DNA of 64,000 nt from a virus. Lineage: Duplodnaviria; Heunggongvirae; Uroviricota; Caudoviricetes. The notes below the pieces were generated by a model. The model was not told the origin of the DNA and ran no database searches. It saw only the letters and a program-made list of their open reading frames with translations. The translations under genes were made by a program, and so were the position numbers. The stretch is taken from IMG/VR virus record IMGVR_UViG_3300044825_003843, positions 1 to 64,000 of that record. One strand, given 5' to 3'. Positions within the stretch are counted from its first letter, which is position 1. Every line of letters begins with the position of its first letter. Shown here in pieces: positions 35,153 through 45,752 of the stretch.

Positions 35153-38100
35153 TCAATTTTGTTTTTAAATATTTTATTTTTTCATAAATAGAATTTATCC
35201 TTTTTTGTTGTTCTTGAATTGAACCGATACAAAGAGCAACAATTAAACCATATTCCAATCTTTTATATCCATCGTCCTCCGTCCACACAACTTGTGGTAA
35301 TACCATTTCTACCTCCTGAGCAATATATCCAACAGAATCTTTTTCATAATAGTGTTCTTGAGCTGGGTTGAGATAGTTTTGAACTTTATCATTTTTTTCA
35401 TCCCAAGTAAAGTAAACACTTTGAAGTTTCAAAATTGTATCAATACTGTTTTTCAAAGTCTGAACTTTTGACTTCAATCTTCTATCTGAAGTAGGTCCAG
35501 TTGGTCCTTGCGGTCCTTGAGAACCTTGAACCCCTTGAGCACCTTGAGCTCCCTGTGGTCCCTGTGGACCAGCACCTGCAGTTGCAGGTGCACCAACACT
35601 ACCTTGAGCTCCTTGTGCACCTTGAGCCCCTTGCGGGGCACTTAACCCTTGGGTTCCTTGAGCACCTTGAGCACCCTGAGGTCCTCGAGGTCCAGTTGGA
35701 GAGGCACCCTGAGCACCTTGTGCACCCTGAACCGTACCTTGCGGTCCAGCAGCTCCCGAGTTACCTGTCACACCTTGAGCTCCTTGTGGACCTTGTGGAC
35801 CTTGGGCACCTTGAACACCTTGAACACCTTGTGGTCCCTGAGCACCTTGCCCACCTTGGGCACCTTGGGCACCTTGGGCACCTTGTGTAGTATTTGTAGT
35901 TCCTGGTGCGCCAGGATTACCGACCACAGCACTTGCACTTCCTTGGGCTCCTTGAGGTCCTTTCGCACCTTGCGCTCCTGTGTTAGCACCTGACGCACCT
36001 GTGTTACCTGTCCCTCCAGGGACACCTTGAGCTCCGGTCGCACCCACGGGTCCTTGAAGTCCTTGAGCTCCTTGGTTTCCTTGGAATCCTTGTGGTCCTT
36101 GTGGTCCAGGTGCTCCAGGCGTTGTGTTGGCAGCACCTTGAGCACCTTGTCCTCCTTGCGCCCCTTGAGCACCCTGAGCACCTGTATTTGCACCCTGAGC
36201 TCCTTGAGCACCTGTCGCTCCTTGCACCCCTTGAGCACCCTGAGCACCTGTATTTGCACCCTGAGCTCCTTGAGCACCTTGAGCTCCTTGTTGTCCAACT
36301 GCGCCGGTATTTAGACCCTGAGCTCCCTGAGCGCCTGTTGCTCCTTGTATCCCTAATGCACCCTGAGCACCTGTATTTGCCCCTTGAGCACCTTGTGCAC
36401 CTTGTCCTCCCTGAGCACCTTGTGCACCTTGTCCACCCTGAGCTCCTGTATTCGCACCTTGAGCACCTTGTGCACCTTGTGCACCTTGTGCACCTTGTAC
36501 ACCTTGTGCACCTGTATTTACACCTTGAGCTCCTTGAGCCCCTGTTGCTCCTTGAGCTCCTTGTCCACCCTGAGCACCTGTATTTGCCCCTTGAGCACCT
36601 TGTGCACCTTGTCCTCCCTGAGCGCCTTGTGCTCCCTGAGCACCTGTATTTGCTCCCTGAGCTCCCTGAGCACCTTGTCCTCCCTGAGTGCCTTGTGCTC
36701 CCTGAGCACCTGTATTTGCTCCCTGAGCACCTTGAGCTCCTTGAGCACCTTGAGCTCCTTGAGCACCTTGAGCTCCTGTGTTTGCTCCCTGAGCACCTTG
36801 AGCTCCCTGAGCACCTTGTCCTCCCTGAGCACCTTGAGCACCTGTATTTGCTCCCTGAGCACCTTGTCCTCCCTGAGCACCTTGTCCTCCCTGAGCACCT
36901 TGAGCTCCTGTGTTTGCTCCCTGAGCACCTTGTGCTCCTTGCACACCAATACTTCCTTGAGCACCTTGGGCTCCCTGCACACCAATACTTCCTTGAGCAC
37001 CTTGAGGTCCTTGTGACCCCTGAGCACCTTGAGCTCCTTGTCCTCCTTGGAACCCAATAATATTTGTTGTTGGTCCTACCCAAATGGCAGAACTATTAAC
37101 AAATAAAGTATTTCCAACATACAATCCACCTGAATTTAGGCTAGCCCCTGATGATAATATATTTTGTGGCCCTATTTGAAATCCCGTGGAAACTGTTGAA
37201 GATGAGAGTTGTAAAAACAAATTTTCAACATTCAACTGTAACTTGTTTGTACCATCATCGAATATGATGAATGGTTTCAGAACTGAAGCATTACCTTGAG
37301 GATATATTATTATATTAGCCATTTATTTTACTTTCTAATTCTTTTACTTCGATAAGAAGTTTTTCTATTTCTCTTTGATGCTCTTTTATCGCTTCAACCA
37401 CAACCGCGTTCAATTTGGTGTATTCCACGTAATAATATCCAGACTTATTGACACCAACGGCCTCAGGGAAATATTTCTTAAGGTCTTGGGCTATCAATCC
37501 GATAGACTGTAGTTTACCTACCTGAGAAAGATAATCATATTTGTTAGGGTCTATTTTATCATTCCATTCAAATTGAATTACTTTCAGTTTATTAATACTC
37601 TCTAACACATTTTCAAGGTTAGATACTTTCTTTTTCAATCTTTTATCTGAGAAACCTGGTGGACCTGGGAAACCAGGGTCCCCTTTAGCACCTTGAGCCC
37701 CTTGAGCACCCGTATTTCCTGTCGGTCCTCCACTTGCAGGACCTTGAGCTCCTTGTGCACCTTGAGCTCCGGTGTCCCCTTGAGCACCAAATTTTGCACC
37801 TGTAGCACCTTGAGCACCTTGTGCACCTTGAAACCCTGTTGGTCCTTGAGGTCCGAGAGTTCCTGGAGCACCTTGAGCCCCATTGGGTCCGAATGCACCT
37901 GGTCCTCCTTGAAAACCTATATTGCCTGGCGCACCTGGCCTTCCGACGAATCCTTGTGCTCCTTGTAGTCCTTGTATTCCTGTAGCACCTTGAGCCCCTT
38001 GAGCACCTTGACCTCCTTGGGCCCCTTGAGCACCTGTAGGACCATTAGGTCCAGGTGGACCTTGGACTCCTTGTGCTCCTGCAGCTCCCTGAGCACCTTG

Positions 38101-39130
38101 TGGACCTTGTTGTCCCTGAGCACCTTGCGGTCCCAAAGGGCCTTGAGCACCTTGTGGACCTGTGGGTCCTGCGGCTCCTTGGAAATTTTGAGGTCCTTTC
38201 GCACCTTGAGCACCTTGTGAACCTTGAGCACCTTGAATACCCGGAGGTCCAATAGGTCCTATAGGTCCTTGAGCACCTTGAGCACCTTGAGCACCTTGAG
38301 CACCTTGTCCACCTTGAGCACCTTGTGGACCTTTGGAACCCTGAGCTCCCTGAGCTCCTTGTGCTCCCTGAGCTCCTTGTGCTCCTTGTGGACCTTTGGA
38401 ACCCTGAGCTCCCTGAGCACCTTGTGGCCCTTGAGCTCCTTGTGGTCCTGATGGTCCTTTGGCCCCTTGAGCCCCTTGAGCTCCTTGACCTCCTTGAGCT
38501 CCTTGTGGACCCCGTGGACCTTGAGCACCCACAGAACCCTGTGCACCTGTACTTCCCACAGCACCTTGAGCTCCTTGAGGTCCCCGTGGACCTTGAGCAC
38601 CTTGACCACCTTGAGCACCCTGCCCTCCTTGAGCTCCTTGTGGACCTCTTGGTCCTTGAGCACCTTGTCCTCCTTGAGCTCCTTGCGGACCTTGAGCTCC
38701 TTGAGGTCCCCGTGGACCTTGAGCACCTTGAGCACCTTGGCCACCTTGAGCACCTTGAGCTCCTTGTGGACCTCTTGGTCCTTGAGCACCTTGTCCACCT
38801 TGAGCTCCTTGTCCACCTTGGGCTCCTTGAGGTCCGGCAAAACCTATATTCCCTTGAGCACCTTGCCCACCTTGAGCACCTTGAGCACCTTGTGGCCCTT
38901 TCGAACCCTGTGCACCCTGAGCTCCCTGAGCACCCTGACCTCCTTGAGCACCTTGTGGCCCTTTCGAACCCTGTGCACCCTGAGCTCCCTGAGCACCCTG
39001 ACCTCCTTGAGCACCTTGTGGCCCTTTCGAACCCTGTGCACCTTGAGCACCTTGTCCTCCCTGAGCACCTTGAGCGCCTTGTCCTCCCTGAGCACCTTGA
39101 GCACCGATATTTCCTATAAATCCCACATTT
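33400..39130. repeat. highly repetitive 9-nt periodic DNA (GXY-encoding ccttgagca/ccttgtgca units) spanning three genes
   Basis: visible tandem near-identical 9/18/27-nt units; all six frames open. Confidence 0.9.
35145..37322 (-). CDS. collagen-like tail fibre protein with C-terminal S74-like chaperone domain (paralog 2)
   Basis: [20 protein letters not shown] repeats; C-terminal [30 protein letters not shown]; overlaps neighbours by 8 nt. Confidence 0.85.
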   Translation of the reverse strand: MANIIIYPQGNASVLKPFIIFDDGTNKLQLNVENLFLQLSSSTVSTGFQIGPQNILSSGASLNSGGLYVGNTLFVNSSAIWVGPTTNIIGFQGGQGAQGAQGSQGPQGAQGSIGVQGAQGAQGSIGVQGAQGAQGANTGAQGAQGGQGAQGGQGAQGANTGAQGAQGGQGAQGAQGAQGANTGAQGAQGAQGAQGAQGAQGANTGAQGAQGTQGGQGAQGAQGANTGAQGAQGAQGGQGAQGAQGANTGAQGGQGAQGATGAQGAQGVNTGAQGVQGAQGAQGAQGAQGANTGAQGGQGAQGAQGGQGAQGAQGANTGAQGALGIQGATGAQGAQGLNTGAVGQQGAQGAQGAQGANTGAQGAQGVQGATGAQGAQGANTGAQGAQGAQGGQGAQGAANTTPGAPGPQGPQGFQGNQGAQGLQGPVGATGAQGVPGGTGNTGASGANTGAQGAKGPQGAQGSASAVVGNPGAPGTTNTTQGAQGAQGAQGGQGAQGPQGVQGVQGAQGPQGPQGAQGVTGNSGAAGPQGTVQGAQGAQGASPTGPRGPQGAQGAQGTQGLSAPQGAQGAQGAQGSVGAPATAGAGPQGPQGAQGAQGVQGSQGPQGPTGPTSDRRLKSKVQTLKNSIDTILKLQSVYFTWDEKNDKVQNYLNPAQEHYYEKDSVGYIAQEVEMVLPQVVWTEDDGYKRLEYGLIVALCIGSIQEQQKRINSIYEKIKYLKTKLIA

Positions 39131-39447
39131 CCTGGCGCACCTTGAGCCCCTTGTCCTCCCGCAATATTTGTGGTTGGTCCGACCCAATTCAAAGTATTAT
39201 TTAATATCTGTATTCCACCAACACTCATGAAATTTCTAATATTCAAAGTGTATCCTGAAATATTAGTGTTCGAAGGATTAACTGATAATATATTACTTTG
39301 AGTTGCAGAACTAAAAGTCACTACAGCACCCGATAAAACTTTCAATGAAATGGGTACATCACCGACATTATTTATAAAGTCGATAAAAGGAATTCTGTCA
39401 GGTTGTTGAACCAACCGACTCGGAACTATTTTAATGTTTAGACCCAT
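37315..39447 (-). CDS. collagen-like tail fibre protein with C-terminal S74-like chaperone domain (paralog 3)
   Basis: [16 protein letters not shown] repeats; C-terminal [30 protein letters not shown]. Confidence 0.85.
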   Translation of the reverse strand: MGLNIKIVPSRLVQQPDRIPFIDFINNVGDVPISLKVLSGAVVTFSSATQSNILSVNPSNTNISGYTLNIRNFMSVGGIQILNNTLNWVGPTTNIAGGQGAQGAPGNVGFIGNIGAQGAQGGQGAQGAQGGQGAQGAQGSKGPQGAQGGQGAQGAQGAQGSKGPQGAQGGQGAQGAQGAQGSKGPQGAQGAQGGQGAQGNIGFAGPQGAQGGQGAQGGQGAQGPRGPQGAQGAQGGQGAQGAQGPRGPQGAQGPQGAQGGQGAQGPRGPQGAQGGQGAQGGQGAQGPRGPQGAQGAVGSTGAQGSVGAQGPRGPQGAQGGQGAQGAQGAKGPSGPQGAQGPQGAQGAQGSKGPQGAQGAQGAQGAQGAQGSKGPQGAQGGQGAQGAQGAQGAQGPIGPIGPPGIQGAQGSQGAQGAKGPQNFQGAAGPTGPQGAQGPLGPQGAQGQQGPQGAQGAAGAQGVQGPPGPNGPTGAQGAQGGQGAQGAQGATGIQGLQGAQGFVGRPGAPGNIGFQGGPGAFGPNGAQGAPGTLGPQGPTGFQGAQGAQGATGAKFGAQGDTGAQGAQGAQGPASGGPTGNTGAQGAQGAKGDPGFPGPPGFSDKRLKKKVSNLENVLESINKLKVIQFEWNDKIDPNKYDYLSQVGKLQSIGLIAQDLKKYFPEAVGVNKSGYYYVEYTKLNAVVVEAIKEHQREIEKLLIEVKELESKING

Positions 39448-39569
39448 CTGATAATACTATACGATAAATACCTTACAATAAAACTTTATATAGTAATTAA
39501 ACTATCATTCATATTGTTACAAAAAATAGTTATACTTCCACTCACAATAAATAAATAAAATACTCATTT

Positions 39570-40232
39570 ATGAACTTATCAGGTAAGACAAACCTAAACC
39601 TTTATGTAAACTTTTTATTAGAAAGTTTACCATCGAATGTTGAAAGTTTTTTTGAAGTGTGTGATTGTAACAATTTTGTGGTGGTCAAAGGTGAAACCTC
39701 TCATACTGAAGTACTGAACTTAATAGACTTGAATAAAAAATTCGAAGAAAAATATCCTGAAACTAAATTGAAAGGAACCATAGATTTGATAAAATATAAT
39801 GTAGTATTTGAACCGAAAAAAACCTATGAATTTATTTTTTATAACACACCGAATCTGAAGTTAAGTGCCGATAGTAATAATTCTTTATTTACATTATCTG
39901 AATTTCCATGGGGTTCGTCTTGGAATCAAGGGAAACTATTATATTTTTATTTCAAATTTATAACTTATAAAATACCGTCAACCTATGTGTTCGATTGGCT
40001 AAAATATAAAGTAGAGGTTAGTTCGGATAATCAAATTGATTTCACGATAGAAGATAACTTTGTTAATAATCACAACGATGTTTTGAAATCTGCAATCTTG
40101 GATTGTTTCGATTTCAATTTGTATGATTTTGAAACTCACGCAAGAAAAATGGATTTAGAAAATTTAATTCTAAACCCATTCAATAAAGAAGATATTTCAG
40201 ATATCTCTGTAAAAGATTTTATAATCGTTTAA
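39570..40232 (+). CDS. hypothetical protein
   Basis: 220-aa ORF. Confidence 0.45.
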   Translation: MNLSGKTNLNLYVNFLLESLPSNVESFFEVCDCNNFVVVKGETSHTEVLNLIDLNKKFEEKYPETKLKGTIDLIKYNVVFEPKKTYEFIFYNTPNLKLSADSNNSLFTLSEFPWGSSWNQGKLLYFYFKFITYKIPSTYVFDWLKYKVEVSSDNQIDFTIEDNFVNNHNDVLKSAILDCFDFNLYDFETHARKMDLENLILNPFNKEDISDISVKDFIIV

Positions 40233-40525
40233 CCTAACAATTTTTTTCGATGTCCTTGAATGATTTTCATGGCTTCTTTAAGTTCATTATAATCCCTCTC
40301 AGGTGCATATAGGAAACTTTCATATTTGTCTCCTTCACTTTCAATCAGAAGCAGAGCCGGAATGTATTCATTTTCCGTAATTTCAACGTAAGTTTCGTAT
40401 TCCTCATCGTACTCTTCAATGTCTCTATCGTGGAATTCTACATTTTCTTCCTGTAACATTTTTTTAAAATCATCACAGAAAGGACATCCTTTCATTGTAT
40501 AAACAACTACCGTTAGTTCTTTCAT
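40229..40525 (-). CDS. glutaredoxin/NrdH-like redoxin
   Basis: VVVYTMKGCPFCDDFKKML (CPFC active site at start of helix 1). Confidence 0.55.
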   Translation of the reverse strand: MKELTVVVYTMKGCPFCDDFKKMLQEENVEFHDRDIEEYDEEYETYVEITENEYIPALLLIESEGDKYESFLYAPERDYNELKEAMKIIQGHRKKLLG

Positions 40526-40526
40526 T

Positions 40527-40844
40527 TTAATTCAATAAACTAATTAATTCCGGTGCAGACATTACACCAGTCTTAGAATGGTATTCTTTACCATTCTTAT
40601 AAAATTTTACTGTCGGTACACTTCTTATACCTAATTCATTCATTGCAAATTCTCTATCTTGGTCGATATCGAACTTATAGAAAGCGTAGTCAGAATTTTT
40701 ACTTTCAGTAAGCATGGTTGAAGCTTTCTCCATATTATTCAACATTACTTTACAAGGTCCACACCAAGTGGCGTATAAATCCAAAACAAAGTTTTCATTT
40801 GAGTTCATTTTTTCTTTGAGTTGTTCTGATGTTAATTGTGTCAT
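40527..40844 (-). CDS. thioredoxin
   Basis: FVLDLYATWCGPCKVM (WCGPC), SVPTVKFYKNGK. Confidence 0.85.
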   Translation of the reverse strand: MTQLTSEQLKEKMNSNENFVLDLYATWCGPCKVMLNNMEKASTMLTESKNSDYAFYKFDIDQDREFAMNELGIRSVPTVKFYKNGKEYHSKTGVMSAPELISLLN

Positions 40845-40845
40845 A

Positions 40846-41166
40846 TTATTTATTTATAAATTTTAAGAAAATTATTATTTCGTTGATTTGGTTTGGTAAA
40901 TGATAAATAGTTAATTCATATTTGGAAATACCTTCATTAGTTAAATGTTTTTTCACATAGACATAAAAGCCAATACTACTTGAAAATAATTTACATTTAT
41001 AATCTATTTTATTTTGAACAAACTCAGATTCGCAGTAAACTAACTTCAGGTTAGGATTTTTATTCAATTTATCGACCTGAAAAGTTTCGAGTAAAAGTTG
41101 ATTATCTAAGACTGAGAATATTAAATCTTCAGTCTCTATTTTTTTTATAAATTCTATTTTATTCAT
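40846..41166 (-). CDS. hypothetical protein
   Basis: 106-aa ORF. Confidence 0.4.
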   Translation of the reverse strand: MNKIEFIKKIETEDLIFSVLDNQLLLETFQVDKLNKNPNLKLVYCESEFVQNKIDYKCKLFSSSIGFYVYVKKHLTNEGISKYELTIYHLPNQINEIIIFLKFINK

Positions 41167-42775
41167 AATACGATGTTATATCTACCGAACTCCACTTAAG
41201 GTAACCCTCTTCATCCCAATAAGTATCAGAACAAAGTTTCTTACCATTCTGAAATTTTTTTTCTATTTTGACAGGTTCAAAATTATCCTTACCTAAGGAT
41301 TTAGCGAATCTTAACAACAATTTCTGAATAGCTGGTTCCCATAGTTGAGATAAAGATTGATTGTATTTCCCCAATGCCTGTTTAACCCTGAAGTATGGTA
41401 CATCCGTACCGAACTTAGTAAGATAAAATTCAATTGTAGCCCTATCATTTGAATTTTTATCATCCCTTCTAAGTGAAACAATGTATGAGCTCGGATTACC
41501 TATGTATGTTTTTACACAATTACTTTGAACCGTACTTTCACTTACATATTCATCAGTATCCTTGATAAGGATTGGATAAAATAAATCATCTTCAGTAACT
41601 ATTGGCATTTCGATTAAATCGGTGAAGTTTTTTGGGTAAATTCTAACATAAAAACCTTTTTTATGATATTCTACTTTTGAGGCCAATTTCGAATGTTCCT
41701 CGTTAAACTCGTGGATATTAGTTGCTTTCCAACTTATATCATTCTCACCTATCAACTTCAACTCTTTTATCATCCTAAGGTGGTCCATGAATGTAGAAAC
41801 ACCGAACATGGATATTTTAAGAACATATTCCCTCAAAAAGTTGAACGCTCTCCTTTTTTCAGATTGTGTTAAAAAATCAATATTTGTAATCCTTGTTTCG
41901 AACATATCTGAATAATAAAGTTTACTATTCAAACAATATAGTAATAACTCATAATCTTGATTGACCCAATCTTGCCCAAACAATCCCGATACTAGTTTTA
42001 GGATTCTCAAATTGACGTTTTCACAATTATGGAGCGCTTTTTTTATTACCCTTCCGAATAATTGATTTTTTTCCATGAAAGCATCAATAAACTTCCCTTT
42101 GAATTTCCTTATTTCTTTTAATTTTAGTAAGTTATCTTTTTCTCTTATGAAATACCAAATGTTATCAGGATATTTTATTCCTTTCTTGTTTGCATAATAT
42201 TTCAATAATTGAACATTAATGTTGAAATTAGGTGTGTCAACATAATCAATATTTAGTTCCTTAAAGAAAACATATACTATTTGTTGGTACAATTCTTGAT
42301 TTTTTGACATAGTCTCAGGATTCGAATTACTTTTGAGACATGAGTAAATTGACAAAAAATCATCATTAGAAAAATTATTTTTACTGAATGTTTTTTTAAC
42401 TTTTCTTTTTTTGTGGTAGTTTACAAGTCTTCCTGTATATAAATCACCAGTCTTCTTGGACATAGTTATAAACTGACAGAGTGTTGATTTACGAAAGTAA
42501 TTGGTGAAAGACCTTCTATATCTGCTTCCACTGAAAAGTTTAAGGGAGACCTTATTTTCATCTGAAGTAATAACTACAAGTTGGTAGTTGTGATGTAACT
42601 CACTTAGTGGATTTCCGTAGTTATCAACGAAATCTTTCTCAGTGATTTTAGTTCCAATGATTTTGGAAACAAGTCTATTTTTTTTTCGGAATGGTAGTTC
42701 AGAACCTAAGTTGGAGTGGTCTTGATAAATTATTGTAGAATAGTTGTCGTTTTTGAATTTGAAAAGTTCTTTCAT
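41159..42775 (-). CDS. PcfJ-like protein
   Basis: C-terminal SNCVKTYIGNPSSYIVSLRR...ATIEFYLTKFGTDVPYFRVKQALGKYNQS resembles PcfJ core (HCVGSY...LR...TIE....Q.RGK.N). Confidence 0.5.
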   Translation of the reverse strand: MKELFKFKNDNYSTIIYQDHSNLGSELPFRKKNRLVSKIIGTKITEKDFVDNYGNPLSELHHNYQLVVITSDENKVSLKLFSGSRYRRSFTNYFRKSTLCQFITMSKKTGDLYTGRLVNYHKKRKVKKTFSKNNFSNDDFLSIYSCLKSNSNPETMSKNQELYQQIVYVFFKELNIDYVDTPNFNINVQLLKYYANKKGIKYPDNIWYFIREKDNLLKLKEIRKFKGKFIDAFMEKNQLFGRVIKKALHNCENVNLRILKLVSGLFGQDWVNQDYELLLYCLNSKLYYSDMFETRITNIDFLTQSEKRRAFNFLREYVLKISMFGVSTFMDHLRMIKELKLIGENDISWKATNIHEFNEEHSKLASKVEYHKKGFYVRIYPKNFTDLIEMPIVTEDDLFYPILIKDTDEYVSESTVQSNCVKTYIGNPSSYIVSLRRDDKNSNDRATIEFYLTKFGTDVPYFRVKQALGKYNQSLSQLWEPAIQKLLLRFAKSLGKDNFEPVKIEKKFQNGKKLCSDTYWDEEGYLKWSSVDITSYYE

Positions 42776-42818
42776 TTTACAAATATAACAACTTTTCGGG
42801 AATCGATAAAGTTTTTAA

Positions 42819-43103
42819 TTAATTCAAACAGAATTCCCCATACTTAGTTCTGTATATAGGTCCACTGATATGTGTAATTTCAAATGGTTTTTCATTTGTA
42901 TTGATTTCAATGCAAATATCAATCATTTGTTTTTGTGTGATTGTAACTTCCTCTCCCTTTTCACAATTTTGCAAAGCTTTCTCACGAATTTTTGTGAAAA
43001 AGATTTCTTTCTTGTCTTGTGGGATTAGACTTTGTAAGTCTTTAGGATTTTCGTTGAAAAATTTAATCACCCCATTCATGTAAATTTCAACATCCAAATT
43101 CAT
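42819..43103 (-). CDS. hypothetical protein
   Basis: 94-aa ORF. Confidence 0.4.
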   Translation of the reverse strand: MNLDVEIYMNGVIKFFNENPKDLQSLIPQDKKEIFFTKIREKALQNCEKGEEVTITQKQMIDICIEINTNEKPFEITHISGPIYRTKYGEFCLN

Positions 43104-43114
43104 ATTATAAGTTT

Positions 43115-44512
43115 TTATAAGTCATCATCTTCTAACGCAAAGTCCCACATACCCTCTTTCTTCCAATTGCTTCCTTGTGGTGTTCTTGCCTTTTCTTTAA
43201 TCTTTTGTGGAACCTCCACGTTATTTGAACCCATCAAGTTCAACATAAGGATTTTCGGCATATCTGCAATACACTCAGGTACTGTTCTCAACTCAGGACA
43301 ATTCAAGATTGTAATAAAGTTGAGTTTTCTCAATTGACAAATAGAATCAGGTATACTACTAACACAATTATTTAAAATTATTGTCTTCAAGTTTTGGAAA
43401 CGAGAAATACTTTCAGGTATTTTTATGTTTACATTTAAGTTTTTGTCGTTGTTGGTCATTGAAAATGATTTTATGCTGTTAGGAATAGAATCAATTAGTT
43501 CGTCCAACCCGTAAAGAGCAATAAATTTACCAACAGGACCTGTTGTGAAACTATCCACTACAAACTTTTCACCACCAACGGTCAAACCTTTGGCAAACTC
43601 ATGTTTGAAAATATCTTTAAGCTCTGACATAGAACCGTTCAACAATTGAACCAAATCAACACTTCTATCATGAACGTCCATGAATTGATTAGAAGGGAAA
43701 TGGAACTGATATCTTTCAGCAGGTAGATTTGATTTTATACCTCTCTGTCCTTCCCAATTATTTGGGATTACAACATATAATGGACCGTCTTTAATATATC
43801 TGTCGAACCAACTCAGACCAGGGGCAGATGTACACCATCTTGTTTCACCCTTCGATGGTTCTAAGTAATTACCTCCGTAGAAACAAGCTGCATCTTTACC
43901 CAACGCACCGGTATCGGAAACTCTTGCTACTGTCCATTGGTCTCCCCTGAATATTACATCACCACCAGGGTGTTCATATGTTTCTTGAGCCTTCTTTTTT
44001 TCTTCTGCGGATGCTTTAACTTTTTCTAATGAGAAATCCTTCACTTTATCATAAAGTTGTGATGGCTTCATTTTATTCAAGTCTCTCTCACCTTCAATTC
44101 TACCCTTGAACCTCTTAAACTTCATTAAATCATTAGTTAATTTGAAGAGGTCTTCAAAGTAAACTTCTCTTTGTCTGAGTAATGCAGACTTGTATTGTTC
44201 ACTTTGTGGGTCTAGTGAAAGATACTCCTCAGGTATTTCAGGCTTCAAATAATGTCTTATAATCCATTCAGAGTATCCACCTGGTTTAATCTGCATCAAT
44301 TCCTTTTCGTCAGCCGTCGCAGGGTCAACATTATTCATCTTTGTATCTGGGTCTGCTTGTATTAGTTGCAGAAACATATCTTTACTCAAAAGCGGTTTCA
44401 CTTTTTTTCCTTCTTTATCTAATTTCGGTTTTGTGTATTTGTCAAGAAGTGCATCCATTTTAGCACCTTCTACAATTAGACTTTTCAATATGGTAGTAAA
44501 CCTTGTTGCCAT
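43115..44512 (-). CDS. hypothetical protein with C-terminal leucine-rich repeats and a shared WCT domain
   Basis: LRR-like IPNSIKSFSMTNNDKNLNVNIKIPESISRFQNLKTIILNNCVSSIPDSICQLRKLNFITILNCPELRTVPE; domain shared with 29978..31729; conserved promoter motif upstream. Confidence 0.5.
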   Translation of the reverse strand: MATRFTTILKSLIVEGAKMDALLDKYTKPKLDKEGKKVKPLLSKDMFLQLIQADPDTKMNNVDPATADEKELMQIKPGGYSEWIIRHYLKPEIPEEYLSLDPQSEQYKSALLRQREVYFEDLFKLTNDLMKFKRFKGRIEGERDLNKMKPSQLYDKVKDFSLEKVKASAEEKKKAQETYEHPGGDVIFRGDQWTVARVSDTGALGKDAACFYGGNYLEPSKGETRWCTSAPGLSWFDRYIKDGPLYVVIPNNWEGQRGIKSNLPAERYQFHFPSNQFMDVHDRSVDLVQLLNGSMSELKDIFKHEFAKGLTVGGEKFVVDSFTTGPVGKFIALYGLDELIDSIPNSIKSFSMTNNDKNLNVNIKIPESISRFQNLKTIILNNCVSSIPDSICQLRKLNFITILNCPELRTVPECIADMPKILMLNLMGSNNVEVPQKIKEKARTPQGSNWKKEGMWDFALEDDDL

Positions 44513-44535
44513 TATTTTTGTTTAATATAAATACT

Positions 44536-44554
44536 TTGTGAATACAAAAATAAC
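44536..44554 (-). promoter_or_regulatory. third copy of conserved promoter-like element (TAnnTTTG + TTTGTATTCACAAA)
   Basis: tttgtgaatacaaaaataa upstream of 43115..44512 start. Confidence 0.45.
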
Positions 44555-45393
44555 TAATAATTCAATATCAACAGCTCTTCACCCAAATTTTGTTTTACCC
44601 CTTTTTTCGCTGAAGCTGCTTTTGCAAAACTTTTTTTCTCCCACCTATACCTATCTTCAGGAAACCACTCGTGTAGCTGGGGAAAATCATAATAAGAAAG
44701 ACTGAATTTGGAATGTACTTGATTTAGTACATTTGCCAACCTTTCGTGGTCATTTCTATCAAAATCGTGATTAGAATAATAATTCTCAGTTTTCCAATAA
44801 GGTGGGTCAAGGTATATGTATGTGTTTTTACTATCGAATTCACCAATAACTTCTTGAAAATCCATATTCCTTACCTCAGTTATTTTTAAAAAATGTTCCA
44901 CCCAATCAGGCTTAGATAATTTGTCCCTGAATGAGAGATATTTTGACCTGTACTTACCTTTCAAATCGATAAATGATGAAGTTTCTGGTTTACTGCCACT
45001 AAAGACCTGAGTTACAACGTAAACGTATTTTGCTGCGATGATATAGTCAGGATAATTAATCGTAAGACCTGAATGAAAAATTTCAAATTGGAAGTCTTCA
45101 AACCTTGATTTGTATACTGGGTCTGTACTATACTCTCCAAGTCTCTGTACAGGTATCATATCGAGAGCCCTTTGAAGTTCTGAAGGGTTCTGTACACATT
45201 TGAAAAGATTGTAATTTAAAGGATTGAAATCGTTGTATACAACTTGTTTTAGATTTGGGAACTTGGAAAGGTCCATATTAAAAAAACACCAAAACATTCC
45301 TCCGAATGTTTCCAAGTAAACTTCCATATCTTGTGGATAAAGGTCCACAATCCATTTACCTATTTTTGATTTACCACCGATATAACTTAACAT
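44554..45393 (-). CDS. Dam-family (alpha-class) N6-adenine DNA methyltransferase
   Basis: N-terminal YIGGKSK and ETFGG (SAM binding) followed by YIYLDPPY (catalytic DPPY). Confidence 0.8.
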   Translation of the reverse strand: MLSYIGGKSKIGKWIVDLYPQDMEVYLETFGGMFWCFFNMDLSKFPNLKQVVYNDFNPLNYNLFKCVQNPSELQRALDMIPVQRLGEYSTDPVYKSRFEDFQFEIFHSGLTINYPDYIIAAKYVYVVTQVFSGSKPETSSFIDLKGKYRSKYLSFRDKLSKPDWVEHFLKITEVRNMDFQEVIGEFDSKNTYIYLDPPYWKTENYYSNHDFDRNDHERLANVLNQVHSKFSLSYYDFPQLHEWFPEDRYRWEKKSFAKAASAKKGVKQNLGEELLILNY

Positions 45394-45428
45394 GTAGTAA
45401 TGATAAATAAAAAAATTGAAAAGGCAAA

Positions 45429-45659
45429 TTACTTATAACAATTTTTGTATGGTCTACAAGAAGCTTTTTGTGTAAATCCCATTTTATTACATGGAGTTGA
45501 TTCACAATAGGATTTACTATATTTCCTTGGTTTTTTAAATTTGTTTGAGTTTTTTTCCTCAAGATATTGATGAATAATCCTTCTTATAATCTGCTCGTTA
45601 ATCATACTTATAAATATGTCAGAAAAAAAATGTAGTTCCTGCAAAAAACCACTTATCAA
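45429..45659 (-). CDS. hypothetical small Cys-containing protein
   Basis: 76-aa ORF in intergenic gap; alternative overlapping ORF 45371..45562. Confidence 0.2.
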   Translation of the reverse strand: MISGFLQELHFFSDIFISMINEQIIRRIIHQYLEEKNSNKFKKPRKYSKSYCESTPCNKMGFTQKASCRPYKNCYK

Positions 45660-45752
45660 CGTAGAGTATAAAATAGTAATATTATCAACCTATATAATAG
45701 GAACTTCCATATACGGAACGATTGAGTTACTAAAAAAACTTATTTCGTTATT

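Noticed and set aside
33400-39130. Possible CRISPR array, because of the highly regular short repeats
   Set aside because: The repeat unit is 9 nt with no unique spacers. The periodicity is that of Gly-X-Y codons within protein-coding genes. There is no leader or cas context.
33370-39204. Many long plus-strand and alternative-frame minus-strand ORFs inside the collagen-like genes (e.g. 33859..34935, 33947..34864, 36092..37060, 38325..39119, 36004..37083, 38045..39187)
   Set aside because: They are artefacts of the 9-nt periodic repeat, which keeps all six frames open. Only the minus-strand frames encoding G-X-Y repeats have non-repetitive N- and C-terminal domains, start codons, a conserved SDxRxK chaperone motif and tight 8-nt gene overlaps.
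45371-45562. 63-aa ORF overlapping the Dam methyltransferase gene start
   Set aside because: It overlaps both the Dam gene and the alternative 45429..45659 ORF and has no supporting features. At most one small gene is likely in this gap.
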